From Mobula hypostoma (lineage: Eukaryota), in the NCBI RefSeq assembly GCF_963921235.1, contig NC_086097.1, positions 148,554,001-148,618,000 on the forward strand: 64,000 bases of DNA, written 5' to 3'. Both the position numbers and the translations under genes were made by a program. This document shows, piece by piece, positions 12,532 through 23,974 of this stretch; within the stretch, counting starts at the first letter, position 1, and every line of letters begins with the position of its first letter. The notes beneath the pieces are model-generated. The model searched no databases. It was not told where the DNA came from and saw only the letters and a program-made list of their open reading frames with translations.

Positions 12532-15175
12532 CTAAGTAAAAAACCTTCCTCTAATATCCCCCTTGAACTTCCCACCCCTTACCTTAAAGCCATGTCCTCT
12601 TGTATTGAGCAGTGGTGCCTTGGGGAAGAGGCGCTGGCTATCCACTCTATTTATTCCTCTTAATATCTTGTATACCTCTATCATGTCTCCTCTCATCCTC
12701 TTTCTCTCCAAAGAGTAAAGCCCTAGCTCCCTTAATCTCTGATCATAATGCATACTCTCTAAACCAGGCAGCATCCTGGTAAATCTCATCTGTACCCTTT
12801 CCAATGCTTCCACATCCTTCCTATAGTAAGGCGACCAGAACTGGACACAGTGCTCCAAGTGTGGCCTAACCAGAGTTTTATAGAGCTGCATCTTTACCTC
12901 GCAACTCTTAAACTCTATCCCTCGACTTATGAAAGCTAACACCCTATAACCTTGCTTAACTACGCTATCTACCTGTGAGGCAACTTCCAGGGATCTGTGG
13001 ACATGTACCCCCAGATCCCTCTGCTCCTCCACACTACCAAGTATCCTGCCATTTACTTTGTACTTTGCCTTGGAGTTTGTCCTTCCAAAGTGTACCACCT
13101 CACACTTCTCCAGGTTGAACTCCATCTGCCACTTCTCAGCCCACTTCTGCATCCTATCAATGTCTCTCTGCAATCTTCAACAATCCTCTACACTATCTAC
13201 AACACCACCAACCTTTGTGTCGTCTGCAAACTTGCCAACCCACCCTTCTACCCCCACATCCAGGTCATTAATAAAAATCACAAAAAGTAGAGGTCCCGGA
13301 ACCGATCCTTGTGGGACACCATTAGTCACAACCCTCCAATCTGAATGTACTCCCTCCATCACGACCCTCTGCCTTCTGCAGGCAAGCCAATTCTGAATCC
13401 ACCTGGCCAAACTTCCCTGGATCCCATGCCTTCTGACTTTCTGAATAAGCCTACCGTGTGGAACCTTGTCAAATGCCTTACTAAAATCCATATAGATCAC
13501 ATCCAGTGCACTACCCTCATCTATATGCCTGGTCATCTCCTCAAAGAACTCTATCAGGCTTGTTAGACACGATCTGCCCTTCACAAAGCCATGCTGACTG
13601 TCCCTGATCAGACCATGTTTCTCTAAATGCCCATAGATCCTATCTCTAAGAATCTTTTCCAACAGCTTTCCCACCACAGGCGTAAGGCTCACTGGTCTAT
13701 AATTATCTGGACTATCCCTATTACCTTTTTTGAACAAGGGGACAATATTTGCCTCCCTCCAATCCTCCGGTACCATTCCCGTAGGCAACGAGGACATAAA
13801 GATCCTAGCCAGAGGCTCAGCAATCTCTTCCCTCGCCTCATGGAGTAGCCTGGGGAATATTCCGTCAGGCCCCAGGGACTTATCCATCCTAATATATTTT
13901 AACAACTCCAACACCTCCTCTCCCTTAATATCAACACGCTCACTTATATTGTCCTCACCGTCATCAAGTTCCCTCTCATTGGTCAATACCGAAGAGAAGT
14001 ATTCATTGAAGACCTCGCTCATTTCCACATCCTCCTACCTTTATCTCTAATCAGTCCTACCTTCACTCCTGTCATCCTTTTGTTCTGCACACAATTAAAG
14101 AATGCCTTGGGGTTTTCCTTTACCCTACTCACCAAGGCCTTCTCATTCCCCCTTCTTGCTCTTCTCAGCCCCTTCTTAAGCTCCTTTCTTGCTACCCTAT
14201 ATTCCTCAATAGACACATCTGATCCTTGCTTCCTAAACCTCATGTATGCTGCCTTCTTCCATCTGACTAGATTTTCCACCTCACTTGTCACCCATGGTTC
14301 CTTCACCCTGTCATTCTTTATCTTCCTCATGGGGACAAATTTATCCCTAGCATCCCGCAAGAGATCTCTAAACATCGACCACATGTCCATAGTACATTTC
14401 TCTGCAAAAACATCATCCCAATTCACACCCGCAAGTTCTAGCCTTATAGCCTCATAATTTGCCCTTCGCCAATTAAAAATTTTCCTGTCCTCTCTGATTC
14501 TATCCTTTTCCATGATAATGTTAAAGGCCAGGGAGTGGTGGTCACTGTCCCCCAGATGATCACCCACTGAGAGATCTATGACCTGACCCGGTTTGTTACC
14601 TAATACTAGATCTAGTATGACATTCCCCCTAGTCGCCTGTCAACATACTGTGACAGGAAACCGTCCTGGACACACTTAACAAACTCTGCCCTGTCCAAAC
14701 CCTTGGAACTAATCAGGTGCCAATCAATATTAGGGAAGTTAAAGTCACCCATGATAACAACCCTGTTACTTTTGCACCTTTCCAAAATCGACCTCCCAAT
14801 CTGCTCCTTGGTATCTCTGCTGCTACCAGGGGGCCTATAGAATACCCCCAGTAGAGTAACTGCTCCCTTCCTGTTCCTTCCACCCATACTGACTCAAAAG
14901 AGGATCCTGCTACATTACCCACCCTTTCTGTAGCTTTAATAGTATCCCTGACCAGTAATGCCACACCTCCTCCCCTTTCCACCCCTCTCTATCCCTTTTA
15001 AAGCACTGAAATCCAGGAATATTGAGAATCCATTCCTGCCCTGGTGCCAGCCAAGTCTCTGTAATGACCACTACATCATAATTCCATGTATGTATCCAAG
15101 CACTCAGTTCCTGATGCTTCTTGCATTGAAGTACACACACTTTAGCCCTTCTACCTTTCTACCTTTACACCCCTT
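12532..15175 (-). pseudogene. CR1 ORF2 (APE endonuclease + reverse transcriptase), a few frameshifts and one in-frame stop
   Basis: [96 protein letters not shown] at 13177-13179 separates same-frame ORFs 13177..14028 and 12532..13173. Confidence 0.97.
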
Positions 15176-15215
15176 ATTCTGCTTCTCTTTTCTCAAAGCC
15201 TTTCTATATGTTAGA

Positions 15216-15261
15216 GCAACATACATAAAAGTTGCTGGTGAACGCAGCAGGCCAGGCAGCA
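15216..15261 (-). mobile_element. 46-bp Penelope-like terminal fragment inserted in the CR1
   Basis: gcaacatacataaaagttgctggtgaacgcagcaggccaggcagca flanked by a perfect 14-bp repeat TTCTATATGTTAGA (15202-15215, 15262-15275). Confidence 0.8.
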
Positions 15262-15435
15262 TTCTATATGTTAGATCTGGCTTTATTCCATGCACTTCTT
15301 TCACCGCTCTATCGCTCTGGATCCCATCCTCCTTGCAAATTAATTTAAAACGTCCCGAACCATGCTCGCAAACCTACCTGCAAGGATATTGCTCCCCCTC
15401 GAGTTCAGGTGCAACCCATCCAATCTGTACAGGTC

Positions 15436-15790
15436 TCACCTTCCCCAGAAGAGATCCCAATGATCCAAAAATCTAAAACCCTGCCCGCTGCACCAACTCC
15501 TCAGCCACGCATTCAACTGCCATCTCCTCCAATTCTTACCATCACTGTCACATAGCACTGGCAGCAATCCTGAGAACGCCACCCTTGAGGTCCTGTTCTT
15601 CAGCCTTCTGCCTAGTTCCCGACAATCACACTTCAGGACCTCATCCCTCTTCCTGCCTACGTCGTTGGTCCCAACATGTATCATGACTTCTGGTTGCTTT
15701 CCCTCTCGTACCAGGATGTCGTGCACCCGGTCAGAGACATCCCGGACCCTGGCACCCAGGAGGCAACAAACCATGCGGGTGTCCTTCTCA
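15436..15790 (-). pseudogene. CR1 ORF1 SGNH/GDSL esterase domain fragment
   Basis: CCLLGARVRDV, IHVGTNDVG, FSGLLPV, LNAWLRSWC..GFRFLDHW. Confidence 0.9.
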
Positions 15791-15796
15791 CGTCCA

Positions 15797-16283
15797 CAAA
15801 ATGCTAGAGAAACTTAGAAGGCCAGGAAGTATCTATGGAAAAGAGTACAGTCGACGTTTCGGGCCGAGACCCTTCAGCAGGACTGGAGCGAGAAAAAAAG
15901 AGGAGTAGAGTTAAAAGGTGGAGGGAAGGGAGAGAGAAACTCAAGCAGGCAGGTGAAACTGGGTGGGCGAGGAGTGAAATAAAGAGCTAGGAATTGGATT
16001 GGTGAAAGAGATACAGGGCTGGTGAAGGTGGAATCTAATAGGAGAGGACAAAAGGCCATGCAAGAAAAAAAGAAAAGTGGGGAGGAGCACCAGAGGGAGA
16101 AGGTGGGCAGGCAAGCAGATAAGGTGAGAGAGAGAGAAAAGGGGATGGGGAATGGTGAGGTTGCTACTCCTCATTTTTTTCTCCAGTCCTGCTGAAGGGT
16201 CTCAGTCCTAAATGTCAACTATACTCTTTTCCATAGATGCTGCCCGGCCTGCTGATTTGCTCCAGCATTTTGTGTGTGTTGCT
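15797..16283. mobile_element. Penelope-like element terminus with inverted arms
   Basis: 15797-15905 and about 16166-16283 are inverted copies, each containing the hammerhead-like motif, with a purine-rich spacer. Confidence 0.75.
15848..15885 (-). ncRNA. Minimal type I hammerhead-ribozyme-like motif (core variant CUGCUGA)
   Basis: Reverse complement reads CAGUC-CUGCUGA-A-GGGU-CUCG-GCCC-GAAAC-GUC-GACUG: helix I CAGUC/GACUG, helix II hairpin, GAAA, palindromic ACGU, GUC triplet. Confidence 0.7.
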
Positions 16284-16970
16284 AACATTTAATTCAAATT
16301 GTTCAGTGAATCATATATGTAGCAGTTATTAGATAGCCAAAGAATTGCATCATCTCATGGTAGTTCAAAAGAGTAACTAAACCTTTAAAAACTGGAAATA
16401 TAAAAGTTATTCACTCAGGTGACTGTAATGCTGGCAGATAGGTGTAAAATAAAATTACTTCACTGATTTTCTATTGACAAGAAAATATTACCTATATTCG
16501 ACAGTAGTTACCCAGCCTCATAAGCGATTCCTCAGAGTGGCCTGACAACTTAATTAAGTTGTATAAAGAAAATGGTCCTTACATACTTAAGAGTAATGGG
16601 GCAACTTTTCCACTATACCCTTGTCCATTAAATGCATTACAAGAATGGAAATACAATCCCTCAAAATACAACACCTCCACCCCAATTTTGTTCCTAATCT
16701 CTAACTCTATACAATGCGCTCATTCTTCCTGTAATTGTATAGGTTTCTCCGTAGGTGCTTTGGTTTCTTCTCACACATGAAAAGCCTGTTAGATGATAGA
16801 TTAATTATCTATAAAATAGGTGAGTTATAGAATTAGTGTGCTTTGTGGGCATGTGAGAGAAAAGAGGTGGCAGGGAAATTGGTGGCTCTATGGAAACAAA
16901 GTGATGGCTCTAAGAGCCAGCATGAACCTGATATGACAAATTACCTCCTTTTATAGTTTCAAATGGTATG

Positions 16971-17602
16971 ATTAGATTATTAGATTAGATTATGAGGACA
17001 CGCAGTCCTCTTTTATTGTCATTTAGTAGCGCGTGCATTAAGAAATGATACAATATTCCTCCAGTGTGATACCACAGAAACACAGGACAGACCAAGACTG
17101 AAAAACTGACAAAAACCACGTAATTATAACATATAGTTACAACAGTGCAAGCAATACTGTAACTTGAGGAAGAACAGGCCATCATGGTAAAAAAAAGTCT
17201 CTCGAAAGTCCCACATCTCACGCAGACGGGAGAAGGAAGAAAACTCTCCCTGCCATACCTGACCAAGGTCCAACTCTGAGTCATCTGAAAACTTCGAGCT
17301 CTGACTAGCCCACCGACACTGAGCGCCGAGCACCATCTCTGCCGAACGCTTCGACCCCAGCCCCAGTCGCCAGCAGCAGGCAAAGCCGAGGATTTGGGGC
17401 CTTCCCTCCGGAGATTCTCAATCGCACAATAACAGCGGCAGTGAACTGGGCACTTCAAAAGTTACTCCAGATGTTCCTCCGTGCTCTCACGGCTGTCTCC
17501 ATCAAATCAGAATTGTGCACGGCCCCTATTTAACAAATACGATTATCATTTCACCGGAGAGGCTACACGCACTGCGTCGCGCCGCCATCTTCTCGTCCCT
17601 CC
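16971..17602 (-). mobile_element. Non-coding retroposon-like element (about 630 bp) with (AATCT)n tail
   Basis: 5' GGAGGGACGAGAAGATGGCGGCGCG, CpG-rich body, 3' ACAATAAA, hairpin GAGGAC-5nt-GTCCTC (16994-17010), then AATCTAATCTAAT. Confidence 0.7.
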
Positions 17603-17609
17603 ATTTTAT

Positions 17610-18068
17610 ATATATAAGATGAAGCACCTGAAATGTGTGTGCAGATCCAGTGGCCACATCATAGAAAGAATATAATTGTATTGTTAAGGATGCAGAGGAG
17701 ACAGATGTTGCCTTGAATGGAATTTTTCAGTTACATGGCAAGACTGGAGAGGAGTGTTTTCCTAGGAGTGGAGTAGAATATTAGGGATGTACTGTACAAA
17801 ATTTGAAAGACATAACGGGGATAGATAATGGGAAACTTTCCCACTAAGAACAGCAGTCTGAAGCTAGGTAGCATAGATGGTAAAATATTTAGAGGTGATT
17901 TGAAGAAGATCTTATTCTCCCAGAAGGCGGTTAGAACAAATTGTCTCTGTGGGTGGTGGAGGAGGCAGTTACGCTGACAATATATCAAGTATTTGTCATC
18001 AGTATAGATATGACAGGCAGAAGTGCATTTTTCTATACTGATTTTCTCTGACTTCATGACTCTATGAC
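17610..18068 (+). mobile_element. Highly degraded CR1 3' fragment
   Basis: Remnant of the RT C-terminus and 3'UTR; tail gacttcatgactctatga. Confidence 0.55.
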
Positions 18069-18855
18069 GTTTATCATGGACCAGGATCAGTCACACAAAA
18101 TTTGCTCATATGACTGAGGCAACTCCATGGGAACTACATGTAAAATATAGGAAGACCTGGTATATGAGAAGCACAGAATATAGACTTATAATGTGTAAAA
18201 ATGTTTTACAATCATGAAAATGCTCTGAGTATTGTTTTCTCATTATATCAAGACATGCAACAGCCAATTTTTGCGCAGCACAGGACCAACAAAGCTGCAA
18301 ATGTTTAAACGACAACATACTTTGCATTTTGGTTGAAGGATAACTATTGACCTGGTAACTGGAAAGTACTCCCCCATCCTTCTTCAAATAGTATGCGAGA
18401 CAGATTATATATGAGCTTAATGCAAAAGAGCAGTGCAGCACTTTCTCTCTACTGCACTGATGTATCAATCTATATGATTTGGTGATATGCAATTTGAACT
18501 TTATCCTCCAATAATTTTTGAGTCATTACCAAGAGCAGTTCTATTGAGTTCAGGTGAACTAGCAATGGAAAAGAAGAACCAGTAAATCAGAGCTTCCTTT
18601 GGGTTTTAATCCTTCCTCTGAGAAGGCCAAAGGATAGGTAATGGCTAGATATTGCAGTTAGATATATAGGTTTTTTAAAAAACCATGAGTATCAAACAGT
18701 TAACCTTCATGTTAACCTTGGAGAATTGTCTCTCTTCTGATCCTATGTTTCAGACTTTTGGGGAAAACCTACTATCATATTTAAATCTAAGTTGCAAATT
18801 CTCCCAGATAAACACTTATATTGAGTTACTAAAAAGAGGCAAGAATGAATATGGA

Positions 18856-19110
18856 GCATAGAACACAGTACAGCCCCACTGGCCCACAAAGTTGAGCCGA
18901 CCTACATAAACATACCCATGATCAATCTCAGCCCTCCCTCCTACACAGCCTATAACTGTTTTCTTTCATCCATGCGCCTATCTAAGAGTCTCTTAAATGT
19001 CCTTAAACACCACACCTGGCAGTGCAATCCAGGCATTTACCACTCTCTGTGTATAAAACCTACCTCTGACATTTCCCTTAAATTTTCTTCCACTCATATT
19101 AAAAGGATGT
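18856..19110 (-). mobile_element. CR1 3'UTR fragment
   Basis: Collinear with 12350-12600 (catagaacacagtacag...ggcccacaaagttgagccgacc). Confidence 0.7.
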
Positions 19111-19345
19111 CCAAGTTCAAAGTAAGTTTATTATCGAAGTACCTGTACTGCATGTCACCATATACAACTGTGAGATTGCATATCTGGTTTTGTATAACGT
19201 TCTGAAAATGTTTTCTCATTATAATTGTTTTAATGATGCTGAGTACATTGTATTTGGCCTACCACTGGACAGTTTCAACAATTTGTAATTTGTTTGTTTC
19301 TTAAAACTCTGTATCATTGTAGTTATTTTTGCACAACTTTGTTTT

Positions 19346-19430
19346 AGACAATAGACAATAGACAATAGGTGCAGGAGTAGGCCATTCAGCCCTTCGAGCC
19401 AGCACCACCATTCACTGTGATCATGGCTGA
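19346..19430 (-). mobile_element. 85-bp CR1-type 3' end with (CTATTGT)n tail and 20-bp TSD
   Basis: tttttgcacaactttgtttt (19326-19345) vs tttttgcacatccttgtttt (19431-19450). Body resembles 24505-24570. Confidence 0.8.
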
Positions 19431-19939
19431 TTTTTGCACATCCTTGTTTTCTGACACTCCAGACTCTTTCTCCATCCCTCTGTTATACTTGGAGTCAAGA
19501 ATTTTCCCATCTGATTTCCCCTTTCTGGATTTTACCTGAAGATTTCAATCCTGATCTGACTACTCTCAGGCTGCCTTCAGATAGTCTGGTTGTGTTGTGC
19601 TGCATTCAGCTGACATTAATGAGCCTGTTTCTGTTGCAACATCCTTTGGAAGGTCTGTAGAACTTTAGAGCTATGACACTCTTGCACTTTATCGTTTACC
19701 TGCACTGCACTTTCTCTGTAACTGTTACATTTTATTCTGCTTTCTATTATTGTTTTACTTTGTTCTACCTCAGTGAACTGTTTTGCAAACCTCTCTCAAA
19801 ATATTCAACTCAATTCAATCCATTCAGCAATTCTATAAACAGCAACAGTTTTGTCAGCAACATCTCTGACATGATTACTGTATTCTCAAATATGTTGCCC
19901 CAAAATCTATGTCCTTATCTCCCTGCTCTATTCTCTATA

Positions 19940-20260
19940 CAGTCATGATTGTAAAACCAGATTCTGCTCTAATTCAATCTCCAAGTTTGCAAATGGCATC
20001 ATCACAATGACTGAATCCCAAATAATGAGGAATTGGAGTATAGGAAGGCAATAGAGAGCCTTGTGGTATGGTGTTATGACAACAACCTTTCCCTCAACAT
20101 TGGCGAAACAAAAAAGCTGGTTGCTGACTTCAGGAAGGGGAGCCATTTACTCCCATTTACATCAATGGTGCTGAGGTTGAGAGGGATGAAAGTTTCAAGT
20201 TCCTCAGAATGAAGATCATTGTTAACCTGTCCTTGTCCAACCACAAGAACTTGATCCATA
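19940..20260 (+). mobile_element. Rex1/Babar-like LINE RT fragment
   Basis: Degenerate L.SL..HDC...SKFANG..., DNNLSLNIGETKKLVADFRKG, FKFL. Confidence 0.7.
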
Positions 20261-21785
20261 AAGGTCTGGAATCTCTCCCTGTTTGTCAGTGCTTTTAGAG
20301 TGACCATGTATTTGGCAACTAACTCCTTCAGTTCAGCTAAACAATGCCAAGCATATAGCTCCCAAAAACTTCAAAAAATATTAGATTTAAAAGTTCCTTC
20401 AAGGTTTTCATTATTTCCTACATTATCATATCTCATCTTTTGTTTGTGACATGAATGTGCTCAATAATATTTCATACATCTCCAGCAGTATCATTAGCAA
20501 CAATAGTTTCTCACATAGTACTTCTGCATTTCTTTGCTCTGTGTCCTCTCTGAGAGCCTTAATAATATCACTTGCCTTCAGGAGCATTTACATCTGTTGC
20601 ACATATGGGGTGAACGGTGAGGGCTGGCTGTATTTGGTTGCCCAAGCATTCCGGCATATCTGCTATGTCCACTGCCTGCCATTGTCACTGTCCTGCTTAG
20701 ACAGCACCTCTATTTTCCTCGCATCATGCTGCTACTCCCTCAAAGAGCAATATTGTAATCTTATCACTAACATGGGATTCACAGGTTTCTTTTGTGTTGT
20801 TGTAAACTTAAACAAATAGCCATGGATGAAGCTGTGAAAACATCATCCTTTATTAAAGGCAGTATTGAACTAAACAGTAGTGCCTTCGTACAATAATCTA
20901 TTAGGAATAATGCAAATCGGTTTTATAAGTCCGAAAGTAAGAATTCTCTACTGATATGAGACTGAGAGCAGGGCTTGAGTGGAGGATAATGGAATGATTG
21001 GCCTGAGTGGCCTATTATATCCATTAAATTCAATTTAGTTCAACAAAATCACTGGAGCATCCCTAAATCAATGTGATTTCCTTGCCTCTGGTTCATCTTT
21101 TGCATCCCAGAATACTCAATCCCAAGGCAAAATCAGAGATTGTATGGCAACATTCATTGGGAAAATACCACTTCTAGACAGTGTTATTTTCTTCTTGCTG
21201 CTAAACACATTGATAGCTCAATTGGCAGGGTCTGGGTGACTGCTGTCTCAAAGCAAGAGAGACAGTTGCACACTTAGCTGCACAGTTAGTGTCTGAATGA
21301 CTGCCTTATGAAAACAAGAGAAATTTGAACTAGAAATATTAAAAATTATTAGAAATAATGCTCACATAACTAAGCAAATCAGGAAACAGTGAACAACAGA
21401 TTGATGGATAGATACGTGGATAACTTCAATTGTTCAGTTCTCAAAACACAACGATTTTAAACTCCTTTATTTTGCTATGAGAATTCCAAAGCACTTGCAA
21501 TATAAGCTGACAGGGATAATCTTCAACAGTACTGCTCCTCCAAGCAGTTAAATTTCCCAGTTGATGCTTTGATCAATTCCTCATCAAATCTTAATGCCTG
21601 CTTTAACTTAAGTGTGGCATCTTAATCAGAACTCTGAGTTTGGAGTGTCAGTTACACTGAGTGAGGATTCTGGTACCAGTATGAGATTGAATAGTAGACA
21701 AAATGCTTCAACAAGCTGGGTGCCTCTTGCAGATAACTTGAGCACCGTCTAGTGGCCAACTGATCAAAAAGATATTCATGCGTTA

Positions 21786-21802
21786 ACACACAGACACAGA
21801 CA

Positions 21803-21834
<32 letters not shown>
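21786..21834 (+). repeat. (CA)n microsatellite
   Basis: Direct reading. Confidence 0.95.
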
Positions 21835-21836
<2 letters not shown>

Positions 21837-22071
21837 ACAGTCTCACGTTGCAGTTGCAAATACAGTGTCAAACACTGTACTTTCAAAAGCAATCATTCGA
21901 TATTCAGATGCTCATGAATACAATGAGCAACTGAATGCTCACACAATCAAAACATAAAGAAATAATCTTATTCACATATACTTACAAAAATAAACTCATG
22001 CATGTATACTCATTGACATAATTCCCCTCATATATACACATGAATATAATTCCTCCACAATGGCACACACA

Positions 22072-22607
22072 CACTCTGGGGCCACTATATTAGGTACACC
22101 TGAACCCATGCTCATTAATGCAAATATCTGATCAACCAAAAATATAGTAGCAACTCAATGCATAAAAGGTCAAAAAGTTCAGTTACTTTTCAAACCTACA
22201 TCGGAATGAGGAAGAAATGGGGTCTAAATGACTTGGACAGTGGAATGATTGTTGGTGTCAGACAGATTGGTTTGAGAATCTCAGAAACTGCTTGATCTCC
22301 TGTGGTTTTCATGCACAACAGTCCCTAGATTTTTATTGAGAATGGTGTGAAAAAAGACATCTAGTAAGCAGCAGTTTTGTGGGCTAAAACATCTTGTTAA
22401 TCAGAGAAGTTCAAGGGAGAATGCCAGACTAGTTCAAGGCGACAGTACCTCAAATAACCACATGTTACAACATCGGTGTGCAGAAGAACACCTGCAAAGC
22501 GTGTTGAACCTTGAAATAAATGGGCTACAGCAGCAGAAAACCATCAACATACACTCAGTGGCCATTTTATTAGGTAAAGGAGGTACTTAACAAAGTGACC
22601 ACTTAAC
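22072..22607 (+). mobile_element. Non-autonomous Tc1-like DNA transposon (transposase N-terminus plus terminal mini-palindrome)
   Basis: TIR of type CACTCAGTGGCCACTTTATTAGGTAC. Paired-like HTH remnant MRKKWGLNDLDSGMIVGVRQIGLRISETA. Second TIR copy at 22552 and inverted TIR at about 22583-22607. Confidence 0.85.
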
Positions 22608-22999
22608 ATACAGCCATATGCACTCTCACAAACATAAAAATTTAAAAATACATAACCTCCCAGATCATGCACAACAATAAAATTTCACATGCAATTATGG
22701 ACGTTGATGCACAGACATTCTTTCATGCAGAATTTCATGCATACAGAAAGAGAAGTGGACATACAAACCGATTGAAAATGCATGTTGAATAACAACACCT
22801 TCATTGAAACAAAACTGCTTTAAACCCTTTTCAACTTGTATCCTATTTTCATATATATTGTTCTACATAATATACATTTATTCATAAGACATGGTAGTTC
22901 AAATACAATAAACTGAATAGAAAGCTATAACTGTAAATACCACAAAGTCTTAAATTAAAATAAAAGGAAATGTGCAGCATATCTAAAGTCTGCTTCCTT

Positions 23000-23420
23000 C
23001 AAAATCTGAATCAGTTTTATTCTCTCTGACAAATGTTGTGAAATTTGTTGTTTTGCAGCTGCAGTACAGTGCAAGATATAAAAATTACAAATTGTTACAA
23101 AATAAATAGTGCAAAAGAGGAATTATATGGTAGTATTCAGAGGTCCTGATGGCAGAGTGGAAGAAGCTATTTCTAAAACATTGACTCCATCGCTGATGGT
23201 ACTAATGAGAAGAGGGCATGTCCTGGATGGTGAGCATTGTTAACGATGAATGCCAACTTCCTGAGGCACTACTTCTTGATGATGTCCTCAATGGTGTCTA
23301 CAGCCATCTATAACCACGTTTAATCCTGCATATTTGAGCTTCCATACCAAATGGTGATGCAGTCAGAATGGTCTCCAATGTACATCTGTAGAAATTTGCA
23401 AAAGTCCTTGGTGACTGCAT
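23000..23420 (-). mobile_element. Rex1/Babar-like 3' fragment
   Basis: gatggcagagtggaagaagct...gagggcatgtcctggatgg (HPGH...LPS region) and aatctgaatcagttttatt tail. Confidence 0.65.
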
Positions 23421-23974
23421 CTTGCAAAAGGTCAAAGAGATCATGAATCCTGCTTCTAAACTTTACTGGTGGAAAATGTGGATCTCCCTGGTATTAATTC
23501 CCATATCTAAGCTCCAGTATCTATTAAGCCTGTGAATAGTGTGTTAGAAAGTGGATTCCAAACATACCACACTTCAAGTCATATATGATTTTAGGGTAAA
23601 TTATTACTGGGCCTAGGCCAGAATGCAGAGTTAACAATTCAGTCAGATTGGCCATAATCTTATTGAATGCCCTACCGTTCACTGTGAGCACAAGGAACAG
23701 AGTAACCTACAACTGCTCTTAATTCTTGTGCTTGCATATTTATGTGGGCATTTGTCCTTAAATCTTTTTACTTAATAAGTTTTTTTTTTGTTTCTAATCT
23801 ATTCCAGTGTCCTTCCGCTTTTTTTCCACCGTGCACTTTTCATAAAAGTGTTCATTTAAAGCCCTGCTGCCCATATCTTATCTTGCTTTCTTTTACCCAT
23901 GAACTAACGCTTCCTATTCTATCAAAATCTCAGTCTAAAAATATCTTCCTGGCTTTCATATCCCTCTGTTGTTA

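Larger units (their letters stand above)
12322..15796 (-). mobile_element. Young CR1 LINE, 5'-truncated within ORF1
   Basis: (TTCTATRT)n-type tail at 12322-12352, long ORF2 segments, ORF1 esterase C-terminal part. Confidence 0.97.

Noticed and set aside
12532..14028. Long RT ORFs as a functional gene or prokaryotic retron/DGR
   Set aside because: Motifs, upstream APE domain and tail identify CR1 ORF2, and it is disrupted.
16985..17458. 157-aa ORF (and similar ORFs at 41692-42181 and 53140-53794)
   Set aside because: Incidental ORFs in GC-rich non-coding repeats; frames are not preserved between the two related copies.
20451..20819. 122-aa ORF in unique DNA
   Set aside because: No recognisable domain on either strand and no convincing splice context.
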